Notes under the pieces: model-generated
Database searches by the model: none
What the model was told of the DNA's origin: nothing
What the model saw: the letters and a program-made list of their open reading frames with translations, nothing else
DNA from: Elusimicrobiota bacterium
GTDB taxonomy: Bacteria > Elusimicrobiota > Elusimicrobia > F11
Assembly: GCA_046153645.1 (NCBI GenBank)
Contig: JBJXGI010000095.1
Location: 1 to 39,181 of the forward strand
DNA: 39,181 bases
Reading direction: 5' to 3'
Program-made: the position numbers and the translations under genes
Part shown: positions 8,571 through 18,400 of the stretch, in pieces
How positions within the stretch are numbered: the first letter of the stretch is position 1
Layout: every line of letters starts with the position of its first letter

Positions 8571-9592
8571 GTTTGGATCCGGTGCTGCATTTCTTCATTT
8601 GAGATAGTTTGGCCTTTATCAGAATTCTTCAGACCTCGATGAACCATTTCAATGATATCTTTATTCTCTGGATACTTCTTTAATACTTCTTTCAAAATCT
8701 TCTGAAATTCAGCACAGGAGGTCTTTTGTCCTTCGGCGATTTCCTTGGCACGTTCGTCATCGTATGGCTCTTCACCACTCCAATGATCGCACTCATCTTT
8801 TGCTCGCTTTACTAAATAGACTATTTTCTTCTCTGGAGAATTCAAATAAAGATCCGGGCGATTCACAGTCCTTGAGATTATCTCCACCTTCCCGCTCTTA
8901 TTAATAGAGATCATGACAGCTGCAGCTGCTGGATAAAAGTCCTTTAAACCAGATGAAAGTATAATTTCTGGATTATTGTCCTCATTCAAGTCGAAGGCCT
9001 GATTGACACGCCATACGTCTTCTATCTTTAATTCATCCCACTCAAAATCCAAATTCGCCCAAACCATGTTTGGCAACTTCTTGTTCAAGATATCGCAAAG
9101 CTTTCCCGATGTTACAATTCTCTCTATCAATAAACCAATTTTCCGTTTGTTGTTATCAATCTCAACAAAGTAGACTGAATCCCCAAATTGATAAATGGAC
9201 CGACGCTCATTTGAGCAGGCTTCCTGCCAATATTTCGCCTTTTCTGGACGAAATCCGTGCTTCTTAGCGATACCCTCATCCAAAAGAACATCATAGTAAG
9301 GACATCCACTAAACTCGACTTTGCCCTCAAGAATCTTTGTAGCCCCTTGTTTCATTGAGTTCTCAGATTTACCGAACTGTTTGTCGCGACACACCCCCCA
9401 CCAACTTCCTGCTGAAACACAAAAATCTGCGTCAACAGTCGGACTATTACAGTCCGCATAATTCCAGGCTGGCGATGGACCGACGTACCAGATCATGGAC
9501 AGTTTCTCGGGCCCACTAGCGCCAAAACAAATAACATGGGAACCTAGCATCCATCCCAAGAAAAGACCAGCGATGCCGACTTTTTTCTTCAT
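8558..9592 (-). CDS. Secreted Cys-rich hypothetical protein with an antitoxin-like C-terminal tail
   Basis: Signal peptide; many Cys; one DxNxDxxPE motif (FDLNEDNNPEIIL); ATGA-coupled to the HEPN gene. Confidence 0.7.
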   Translation of the reverse strand: MKKKVGIAGLFLGWMLGSHVICFGASGPEKLSMIWYVGPSPAWNYADCNSPTVDADFCVSAGSWWGVCRDKQFGKSENSMKQGATKILEGKVEFSGCPYYDVLLDEGIAKKHGFRPEKAKYWQEACSNERRSIYQFGDSVYFVEIDNNKRKIGLLIERIVTSGKLCDILNKKLPNMVWANLDFEWDELKIEDVWRVNQAFDLNEDNNPEIILSSGLKDFYPAAAAVMISINKSGKVEIISRTVNRPDLYLNSPEKKIVYLVKRAKDECDHWSGEEPYDDERAKEIAEGQKTSCAEFQKILKEVLKKYPENKDIIEMVHRGLKNSDKGQTISNEEMQHRIQTGQK

Positions 9593-9933
9593 CTAAATTC
9601 TTTGAGCATTTTTTCAATTGACTTTCTTAATGGTTCCAGCTGTTTGGTCGCGATGGTCCAAACGATTTCGATATCCACCTCAAAATATTCATGGATCGCA
9701 ATATTCCGGAAACCGACGACCCGAGTCCAATTGATCTCTTTATATCGAGATCGGAATTCTTCTGGAATCTGCTTGGCAGCTTCCCCGATAACTTCAAGGT
9801 TTCTGGTCACTCCGTCAATAAGTAGGTCGTCACCTTGAAAATCCTCAAAGGTCTTCCCTAAAACAAATCGTTGCGTCTTGTTGATGGCAGTCAAAATATC
9901 CTTGAGAAACAGACTGATATCGCGTTTAGACAA
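9589..9933 (-). CDS. hepT: HepT-like (DUF86) HEPN ribonuclease toxin
   Basis: RNLEVIGEAAK and RNIAIHEYF (RX4HXY); TTG start at 9933 overlaps the MNT gene end. Confidence 0.9.
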   Translation of the reverse strand: MSKRDISLFLKDILTAINKTQRFVLGKTFEDFQGDDLLIDGVTRNLEVIGEAAKQIPEEFRSRYKEINWTRVVGFRNIAIHEYFEVDIEIVWTIATKQLEPLRKSIEKMLKEFR

Positions 9934-10222
9934 GAACCAGATCCTCCTCAATCGATCGCAATAAATCAGGGTTCCTTTTGACCGCCCCTTTGGTGACCAA
10001 ATCCACTTTCATTCCCAACAGAATTTTCAAAAATTCATAAAGGTCCACAACCTCGAAACCAACTGGTTGATCAAAATCGACTAAGATATCCAAGTCGCTG
10101 TTCTCTTTTTGGTCACCTCTCACATAAGAACCAAACAAACCAAGACTTCGAACATGATAGGTATCCCGAAGCTCTTTTTTTTGGTTGGCCAATGTCCTTT
10201 TGATCTCGTCCAATGATTTCAT
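9926..10222 (-). CDS. mntA: Minimal nucleotidyltransferase (MNT) antitoxin
   Basis: LFGSYVRGDQKENSDLDILVDF (GSX10DXD), KVDLVT; 98 aa from ATG 10222. Confidence 0.9.
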   Translation of the reverse strand: MKSLDEIKRTLANQKKELRDTYHVRSLGLFGSYVRGDQKENSDLDILVDFDQPVGFEVVDLYEFLKILLGMKVDLVTKGAVKRNPDLLRSIEEDLVLV

Positions 10223-10325
10223 ATGTTTATGCCTTACTTTTAAAAATAAGCTTCTTATCATTTATTCGTTTTCGGACACCAAAACTACAAAATTTAGAGA
10301 TTTCTTCGAAGGACATTATTTTGGC

Positions 10326-11135
10326 TTAGATAACTTTTATTTTTGAAGGGTCAAAATTCGGTTTTGGTATTTTTAATTTCATTTTTTCTAACGTATCGAC
10401 AATAACAGAGGCCACCACAAAATTACGGACCCATTTTTTATTTGAAGGAACCACAAACCAAGGAGTCTGTCCTTTACTGCAATTTGAAAGAACGCATTCA
10501 TAGGCTTTTTGATATTCATTCCAATGTTTTCGTTCTCCGACATCCTGCGGATTAAATTTCCAGTTTTTCATGGGATCTTTTAACCGCTCCAATAACCGCT
10601 GCTTTTGCTCTTCCTTACTAATATTTAAGAAAAATTTCAGAATAACTGTATTATTTTCGATTAAATTTTTTTCAAAACGATTGATTTGATCATAACGTTT
10701 TTCCCAAATTTCTTTCGGCACTAAATTATGAACTCGAACAACCAACACATCTTCATAATGGGAACGATTAAAAATCGTGATGTCACCCTTCGCCGGAAGC
10801 TTTTTATAAATTCTCCATAAAAAATCATGCTCTAACTCGTCTTGAGAAGGAGCTTTAAAAGGAATCACATCCGCTCCTTGGGGGTTTAACCCTTGAGCTA
10901 AACAACGAATCAGCCCATCTTTACCCGAAGTATCCATTCCTTGCAACACAACAAGCATTGCCTTCTTATTCTCTGCGTATAATAAATGTTGGAGTTCAAA
11001 TAATCGTTGTAATAATTTTCCTGTCTTTTCTTTTGTTTTTTCCTTATCAAGACCAAACGAGTCATCGGAATCAAACTTTAATAACTTAATAGAGCCTGGA
11101 GAATCCAGTTTTATTTTCTTTAAAAAATCCATCAC
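10326..11135 (-). CDS. ppk2: Polyphosphate kinase 2 family (class III-like)
   Basis: LQGMDTSGKDG, HDFLWR, FNRSHYEDVL, PWFVVPSNKKW. Confidence 0.93.
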   Translation of the reverse strand: MMDFLKKIKLDSPGSIKLLKFDSDDSFGLDKEKTKEKTGKLLQRLFELQHLLYAENKKAMLVVLQGMDTSGKDGLIRCLAQGLNPQGADVIPFKAPSQDELEHDFLWRIYKKLPAKGDITIFNRSHYEDVLVVRVHNLVPKEIWEKRYDQINRFEKNLIENNTVILKFFLNISKEEQKQRLLERLKDPMKNWKFNPQDVGERKHWNEYQKAYECVLSNCSKGQTPWFVVPSNKKWVRNFVVASVIVDTLEKMKLKIPKPNFDPSKIKVI

Positions 11136-11725
11136 TTTTTACCCCAAATCCTCTCGACGAATTGGTCACGCCCTGATCCATAACGATACGATTTATAACG
11201 AACTGGATTTTTCTTATAAAAATCCTGATGATATTCTTCGGCAGGATAAAACGAAACATAGGGGACAATATCTGTGACAATGGGTTTACTAAATTTTTTC
11301 AATTTTTCTAACTCATGCTTTGATTCCAAGGCCTCTTTCATTTGAAGTTTATGATGAGTAAAAATGGCCGTGCGGTATTGTTTTCCAATGTCCACAAATT
11401 GGCCATCCACTTGCGTTGGGTCAATGTTTCTCCAAAACACATCCAGTAATTTTTTATAACTTATTTTGGAAGAATCGTAAGTAATTTGAACTACTTCAGC
11501 GTGAGAAGTTAACCCATCTGAAACTTTTTGATACGTTGGATTTACCTCTTCCCCTCCTGAAAATCCAGAGATGACAGATTGCACTCCCGGTAAACCTTCA
11601 AAAGGAGTTTCCATACACCAAAAGCATCCACCAGCAAAAGTAGCTTGCTCAATTTTCTCATTTGATTGTGCATTGAGAAGACCAGATAAAAACAGAACTA
11701 AAACAAGCCATCGACTATTCTTCAT
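11132..11725 (-). CDS. msrA: Peptide-methionine (S)-S-oxide reductase, with signal peptide
   Basis: FAGGCFWC, FYPAEEYHQDFY. Confidence 0.95.
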   Translation of the reverse strand: MKNSRWLVLVLFLSGLLNAQSNEKIEQATFAGGCFWCMETPFEGLPGVQSVISGFSGGEEVNPTYQKVSDGLTSHAEVVQITYDSSKISYKKLLDVFWRNIDPTQVDGQFVDIGKQYRTAIFTHHKLQMKEALESKHELEKLKKFSKPIVTDIVPYVSFYPAEEYHQDFYKKNPVRYKSYRYGSGRDQFVERIWGKK

Positions 11726-11733
11726 TAGTTCTC

Positions 11734-12915
11734 CTATTTAAAAAAATTTAAAAGCTGGTTCCACGGGAGAGCCGTCACTTGATGAGACAGTTGAACGGGA
11801 TTTGGCGTTCGACATATCACGTATCCTTTTTTTGAGTTTGAGTATTCTTTCAAGAAAAGTTCAACATTCTTAGAATCGGATGGACGAGGAGAATCCGTCC
11901 ATTTCGTTTCTATCGGAATATAGGTTCCATTGGTTTGAATTACCCAATCAATTTCAGGACCACCAGGATCTCTCCAAAATAGAATTTTCGTTCTCGTTTT
12001 AGATAATCGTGCCATTCGAATCAATTCTAATCCTATAAACTGTTCAAAAAGTTGCCCTTTCCTTTCTGGTGTCACACGAACCCCTTCATCTGTGGCAAGA
12101 CGCCGAACGCCCAAATCAAAAATAAGAAATTTTTCAGACTTGGTTAGTTTCTTTCTCGTTTGACTTTTCGTTATAGGTTGAATTCTTTCGGCAATTAAAC
12201 AATCGACCAAAATATCAAAATAATCTTTGATCGTTGTGTGCGCGACACCCACATCTTGTGACAACTTTCTCAGATTGATAATTTGTCCAGACTCCAAAGA
12301 AGCCAACTCCAAAAATCGCCCAAAAGAAGCCACATTTCTCACCAAAGCTTCAGAACGAATTTCCTCTTCTAAATAAGTTGTGACATAGGAACGAAGATCC
12401 AACTCTTTCTCAACTGTATTTTTATTAAGAACTTGTCGAGGTAAAGACCCATAAAACAATAGATCTTCCAGCGATATCTTACGATCTCGCAACTCTAATA
12501 AGCTTAACGGGTCCAAATGGAGCGCCACAACTCTACCAGGAAGAAGATTGATCTGGGACCCCCGCTTGAGCTTTCTCGCTGAAGAGCCCGATAAAATAAA
12601 CAAAGCAATATTACGATCAATAAGATCTTGAACCACGTCCATCAAAGCAGGAACTTTTTGAACTTCATCAATTGAAACCAACGGACGACGCTTCAAATTC
12701 TTTTTTGTTAGCTCAATTTCGCCTCTTAATATATCAGGATTTTTTTCATATCTTTGCCGCAAATCAAAACGCACCAATGAAATAAGGACATCAGGCTTAA
12801 AAGATTCAATGAGCGTGGTTTTTCCTGTTTGCCTTGGGCCTAACAACAGAACACTTTTTTTTCTTCTCAGGCTGGCCGAAATCGTTTTAACAAGGGTCCG
12901 GGGTATGTAGTTCAT
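11734..12915 (-). CDS. AAA+ ATPase (AAA_14 + DUF4143 type)
   Basis: GPRQTGKTT, IDEVQK, LSGSS, GR motif, C-terminal EIDW...PIETK. Confidence 0.88.
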   Translation of the reverse strand: MNYIPRTLVKTISASLRRKKSVLLLGPRQTGKTTLIESFKPDVLISLVRFDLRQRYEKNPDILRGEIELTKKNLKRRPLVSIDEVQKVPALMDVVQDLIDRNIALFILSGSSARKLKRGSQINLLPGRVVALHLDPLSLLELRDRKISLEDLLFYGSLPRQVLNKNTVEKELDLRSYVTTYLEEEIRSEALVRNVASFGRFLELASLESGQIINLRKLSQDVGVAHTTIKDYFDILVDCLIAERIQPITKSQTRKKLTKSEKFLIFDLGVRRLATDEGVRVTPERKGQLFEQFIGLELIRMARLSKTRTKILFWRDPGGPEIDWVIQTNGTYIPIETKWTDSPRPSDSKNVELFLKEYSNSKKGYVICRTPNPVQLSHQVTALPWNQLLNFFK

Positions 12916-12970
12916 AAGCTCTATTTTCCAGGAAATATGAGCCTCTGTCAACAGAAAAGCCCATGAACCA

Positions 12971-13798
12971 TCACTTTTTGGTGTTTAATTTTTCATCGAT
13001 CACAACTTTAATATCTTCAAAATCTCTAATTCCGCGTCGTAAGCGACCATTGATAACCAACGTGGGAGTTGAGGTCACTCCCACAGCATTTCCTTCTGCT
13101 TTACTGTCTTGAATTCTTTTTAAAGCGGCAGGAGAAGCCATACACACATTTAACTTATCAACATCAACACCGCTTGATTTAGCATATTCATTTATTTTTT
13201 GAGTGACATTATCCTTATTGATGGTTCCTTGATTTTTAAAAACAAGATCCATCAATAAATTAAAAAGCTCAGGCTTTTGTTGATACGCGCAATCGGTTGC
13301 TAGTGCCGCTTTTTCTGCCCAATCATGCATGGCCAGCGGGAAATGTTTAAATATAAGCCTCACTTCTTCCGGTTTATATTTTGCGAATAACTCTTTCTTT
13401 AATAATTCATGCGTTTTTGAACAATAAGGGCATTGTAAATCTGAATATTCAACAACTGTCACCTTGGCCTTTGGATTTCCTTGAGAATATCCGATTTCAG
13501 GTTTCATTTGCGCCATCCGATCTAAATCAGGGTCTTTCAAATAATCAACAACAAATCCCCAAAAATATTGTTTTTCATCTTTGGTCATGTAAACGGTATA
13601 CGGCGCTCCTCCCACTGTAACTGGAACTGCCATTAAATTTCCAAAACTTGAATTGGTTGATTCCATGACTTTAATTTCAATTCTATTATCGAGACTCAAA
13701 GCCTTCTTTAGGTGATCTGCCATTTTAACTTTGTCTAAACAAAAAACATTTACAGATGTAATTATTAATATTGCTGCAAGCTGGAATATCTTTTTCAC
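12971..13798 (-). CDS. Exported DsbA/DsbG-like thioredoxin-fold protein
   Basis: Signal peptide, EYSDLQCPYC, KHFPL, GVTSTPTLVING. Confidence 0.9.
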   Translation of the reverse strand: MKKIFQLAAILIITSVNVFCLDKVKMADHLKKALSLDNRIEIKVMESTNSSFGNLMAVPVTVGGAPYTVYMTKDEKQYFWGFVVDYLKDPDLDRMAQMKPEIGYSQGNPKAKVTVVEYSDLQCPYCSKTHELLKKELFAKYKPEEVRLIFKHFPLAMHDWAEKAALATDCAYQQKPELFNLLMDLVFKNQGTINKDNVTQKINEYAKSSGVDVDKLNVCMASPAALKRIQDSKAEGNAVGVTSTPTLVINGRLRRGIRDFEDIKVVIDEKLNTKK

Positions 13799-13807
13799 TG
13801 TTTTCTC

Positions 13808-14617
13808 CTATATGAGTTCAATTGCTCTAACATTTTCTCGAAATCGTTGTGATCTTTTTGACTGATTAGACTTTCTAAAAAGATTATACAAACGCTTTTG
13901 AAGGTTTATCGTTTGCCCATGAAAAACAATTTCTCCTTTTTCATCTTTAAACAAATAAGAACCTTTTTCTTTTGGAAGACCGAGAATAAAATCAGTCGAA
14001 ATTCCTTTCGGCAAAACCAGGGTTTCACCTTGCATTAATATTTGAAGAGATTTCCAATTCGAAACTCCCATTTCTCGTTCTGCTTTTTTAAGCAGGTGTT
14101 TTAAAACATAAACAGTCGCTTCGGCATCACCATGAGCACGGTGGCGATCCGTTAAATCAATCATTAAATAATCACACAAAGCCCCTAAACTGCGCGAAGG
14201 CAATTCAGGATATAAATGGCGAGCCATTCGAACCGTACATAGTTTAGGCCGTTCCCATCCCATCCCTACCCGGGCATATTCACTTTTGATGAAAGAGTAA
14301 TCAAAAGCTGCATTATGGGCGACAAACACACCTTTATTCAAAAATTCAGCAAGCGGAATGGCTATTTCTGAAAACGTGGGTGCGTTAGTCACCATTTCAT
14401 TACTTATTCCAGTTAATTGCGTAATCCAAGAGGGAATGGCTTTCCCAGGATTTATTAATGTTTGAAACTTATCAAAGATAATTCCATCTCGATAATGGAA
14501 GGCAGCGATATCAATAACATGCTCATTCTCGGCTTTTCCACCGGTCGTTTCTGTATCAACAACACAAAAATCTAATTCACTGACCGCTAGCAACTCTAAC
14601 GATGAACCCACACTCAT
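13808..14617 (-). CDS. DEDDh 3'-5' exonuclease (DnaQ-like) with degenerate C-terminal GIY-YIG-like segment
   Basis: VVDTETTG, VAHNAAFD, HRAHGDA; tail LPKEKGSYLFKDEKGEIVFHG. Confidence 0.88.
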   Translation of the reverse strand: MSVGSSLELLAVSELDFCVVDTETTGGKAENEHVIDIAAFHYRDGIIFDKFQTLINPGKAIPSWITQLTGISNEMVTNAPTFSEIAIPLAEFLNKGVFVAHNAAFDYSFIKSEYARVGMGWERPKLCTVRMARHLYPELPSRSLGALCDYLMIDLTDRHRAHGDAEATVYVLKHLLKKAEREMGVSNWKSLQILMQGETLVLPKGISTDFILGLPKEKGSYLFKDEKGEIVFHGQTINLQKRLYNLFRKSNQSKRSQRFRENVRAIELI

Positions 14618-15381
14618 CGATAGACCTCTTTCGTAAAGCTGAACAAGTTTTCACTCGAAAATTGTCCGGGAGCTGATGCTTTCCCCAAATGCCCATAGGT
14701 AAATATGGATCCAAAACTATATCCTATGCTTCTAGAAGGAGCTCCTTCTTTTCCCATGGCAATAAAAACAGGGTGAGGATGTACCAATTGTTTCCCCCAC
14801 GTTAAAAAATTAAAAAGCTCGGTTTGATTTTTTGGAGTAACAGCTACTTTAAAAATATCTCCATTGAACTGAAGTGATTTTTTCACCAAAGAATTTATAT
14901 CTTTTAGAGAACCAACATTTTTAAAATTATGCGCAGAATGAATGACTGCTACACCTTTTTTCTTTGCCAATTGAGTCATGGCCTGACTAAAAGAAGTTTC
15001 TCTGATTTCTAAATCAACCAAATCAACCCTTGAGAGAAGCGCCGTTAAAAAAATTTCTCTTTTTTCATTAGACAAACGTTTTTCTATAGGGAGAATGACA
15101 CCGCATTCTTTATAGGACCTTAGGGTTAATAAAAGAGGCAATCGCGAATTCGTTTTTATTTTTTTAATAATAAATTGAGAGAGCAAAATAGCGGCGTGGG
15201 TGTTTCCATGAATAAACGAAAAAGAATCAAGACGCAGCTCTAAAACATCGGCGAATACTTCTTTTTTAAGGCGGTTTATAAATGAGGGCTCATTAAAAAA
15301 TTTTTCCGTGACAACAGCCACCACCAGGGGTCGGCCATTTAGAAGGCGCGAATATTTTTTTAGGAATAAAGACTTAGACAC
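14614..15381 (-). CDS. aroD: Type I 3-dehydroquinate dehydratase
   Basis: DVLELRLD, LLTLR, SAHNF, DIFKVAV, IAMG..G..SR, SAPGQ. Confidence 0.9.
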   Translation of the reverse strand: MSKSLFLKKYSRLLNGRPLVVAVVTEKFFNEPSFINRLKKEVFADVLELRLDSFSFIHGNTHAAILLSQFIIKKIKTNSRLPLLLTLRSYKECGVILPIEKRLSNEKREIFLTALLSRVDLVDLEIRETSFSQAMTQLAKKKGVAVIHSAHNFKNVGSLKDINSLVKKSLQFNGDIFKVAVTPKNQTELFNFLTWGKQLVHPHPVFIAMGKEGAPSRSIGYSFGSIFTYGHLGKASAPGQFSSENLFSFTKEVYR

Positions 15382-15421
15382 AGAGAAAAGTGTAGCAATT
15401 CGTGAAGAAAATTTTTATTTA

Positions 15422-18400
15422 TTACTGAATAAAAAATTCGAGGATGAAATTTGACCGGTATAGTGTTTGGGGAAAAGCCATTGAAAAATCTGCTTCAAAA
15501 TACACATAATCTGGAGTTAGCGTGCCTGAAAAACCATTTCCCTGTGAGGTATGGCTTCCCAAAGCTTTTCTCAAGACAACATCATTACTTCCATCTTGAA
15601 ACGCCGTAATTCCAAAATCAGGAATATTAGGCGTCTGACGATCTTTCATAATAAGCCATTGAAATGAATTGGGGGTATTATCATAAGGACTATTAGCAGA
15701 AGGAATAGCGCTAGTAGAATCTTTAATACTCCAGGCCACATTTAATTTATTTGAAGTTGTCGGCTGACCTGCCTGATCCCGAATTAAACCAGAAGGATCA
15801 GAGTCAAGATTCGAAGTATTCCCCGGCGTTGGGTCAACGTATCGAGGAGAGAAAGAAGGGTTGGTATTATCCGTGTATATTTGTATTCCCCATGAAGGAT
15901 CGTCTGTAATAGGTTGCACATCCAAAACAAGCATTTGCTGGGCTCGTACCCAACTGGTTGGTAATGAAGCCACACTCCAAGTAATTGTACTGGTCTCAAC
16001 AAGATTATTAACATTTAATAATTTGGTTCGTGTGATGGGATAAACATTAAAGGGATTAAATTTCCAATATGCAAACATAAGCCAAGCCGCTGAACTGGCT
16101 GCTTGATTGGAAGGATCCATCATAAAACCATAAGCAGTTCCTACATTGGTGGCGTAAGCCAAACCTTGTCCATTGGGAGACGTATTAATAACCGCTTTTA
16201 GAATTTCATTTAAGTATTGATCACCCTTGGCTTTATTATCGGTGGCATAAAAAGCAACAGCCATTTGAGCAGTCCCTTCTAACCAAACAGCATCTTTATC
16301 GACAGGAGCTGGGGTCCCCGGGGGATTAACATAGGGACCAGAAAAATCAAACCCGGTCACTGGCACACCTGTTAAATCAGCTGGCTTCGTATTTAAAAAA
16401 TCAGTTTCCGCTTGAGAAAGCACCACCGTGTAAGAAGATAAAGTTAAAGGAGCCCAAGAATAACAATCAAGTCCTCGATCATTATTATTGGCACCACTGC
16501 TATATTTTCCAACTCGGAATCTATTTTCAGCTGGAATATACATTTGTGTTTCAAGCCATGTTTTAATTTGATCGGCATAAATGTTATAGGTATTGTTATT
16601 TCTGAATTTAGCGTAAGCTTTAAAAGTGGCATATACGTCTAATTGATGCTCTGTCGCTTTATTGGTCATTAAAACGCCACCGCTGGTTCTACCGAAGAAA
16701 ACGCTTCCATCCGTATCACGCAGTCCAGCGATAAAACTAGCCAAAGAATCAATGACCGTATCATATGTGGACTGATTGGTTACATTTCTATAGTGTAAAA
16801 GAGCCAAAAGCATCCAAGCATTCGGACCCACACTACGCTCACCATTAATAATCCCAAAAGAAGACGCGGTTGAACTTACTGTATATTCATTATGAAAGCC
16901 AATAACGCCGGAATCATGAATCCCTTTATAAACATCAAAAATTTTCTTAGCTAAAAGCGTATCGCGTTTATATGTCATGGCCATTCCGGCTAAGGCTTCA
17001 TCATAAGTAACGGCACGGGGTAAATTTTTAAAACTTCGCACCAAACCTGTTGGTTCTTGCAATTCTTTAAGCCCAACATACACTTTTTCCGGATCAGGAA
17101 ATCCGCCATCGCTGGTTAAAAACTTAACATCATCAATTCCAAATTCTCCGCCCACCACTGGACCAATTTGAGAAGATAGAGCACCAACAGCAAAATAAGT
17201 TTGAATTTGATCAAAATCAAGTAAAGGTTCTTTGGCTTTAAATTCTGAAAGGGCAATAAAGACTCTTTGCCATGTATTGTTAAGAGGAATTCCAATTTCA
17301 CTTAAACGAATTTTGGATCTTTCAGCGCCTGGTGCGATATTACCGGAGCGAATAGCCACTTGGAGATCATAGGATGTTTTAACCCAAAACGTGAGATATC
17401 CCGATTCGTAAAAACGCATAAACCGAGTTCCACTAGCACCATCAACATTGGTAAACCAAACAGCAAATGCGTCTTGTAACCCAGAATTATTAACAAGATT
17501 AAACGTGGCTCGTCTATAGGTGACCCCTTCAGGAGACCCTGGGTCATTTTGTTCATTAAGTCCCATGACAGTTCCAGGGTTAGAACCTTGCGCGACACCC
17601 ACATAACCACCGGAGCCTAAATCAGAGTAGACATTAAGTGATTGAGTCCAGGTAATAGTGGCCACTGTCACCGGAGCTGAAGAAATAATAGCTCCTTGTG
17701 TTGCACGAACAGAACCACTCGCAGGGACATTAACTGAAGTTAAAAGTGTACTCAACCCTTGCGTTGGGTTTACTGAACCAATTCCCCCCGTCACACTCCA
17801 AGTCGGGAATGCATCTACAGTAACCCCATTGGCGTCTTTACCAACCGCATAAAAACTCCGCAGAGATCCAAAGGGAACTGTAATTGAACTTGGGTTAATG
17901 ATGAAATGAGTCAAGGGGCCTGGTTGCGCCGTATCCCATCTTAAGTTGTCAATATAAAAAGTTTGTGCCGATGAAATATTGCCAATAGCAAAAATAGAAA
18001 ATAAAAGTTTGGTGCGAGAAATATCTGCCCAAGGACGAGGCCCGGCCAAATCTTTGATTGGTACCACAACAGAACGCCATGTATCATCAAAAGTAACATA
18101 GTTGCTTAAATTTACTTTTGAAAGTTCAGCCCCTGCGGGAGTGTTTCCGGACCGAACACCAACAATTAATTTATTATTGAGAGCCGCCGGCGCTTTGAGC
18201 CAAAACCGAAGTGAGCCGTCATAATATCGATTCATGTCACGCGTAATCGCATCAGAAGCACTCGTGGACCATTGAATAAACCAACCAGAAAAACTTGCTG
18301 CGGTAGAAGTGTTATCTGAATTAATTGTTGTTTTAAATCGTTTCACACCTTCACGAACATCAGTGCTTGATTCATCTAATAAAGTTGGCGCACTCACCCC

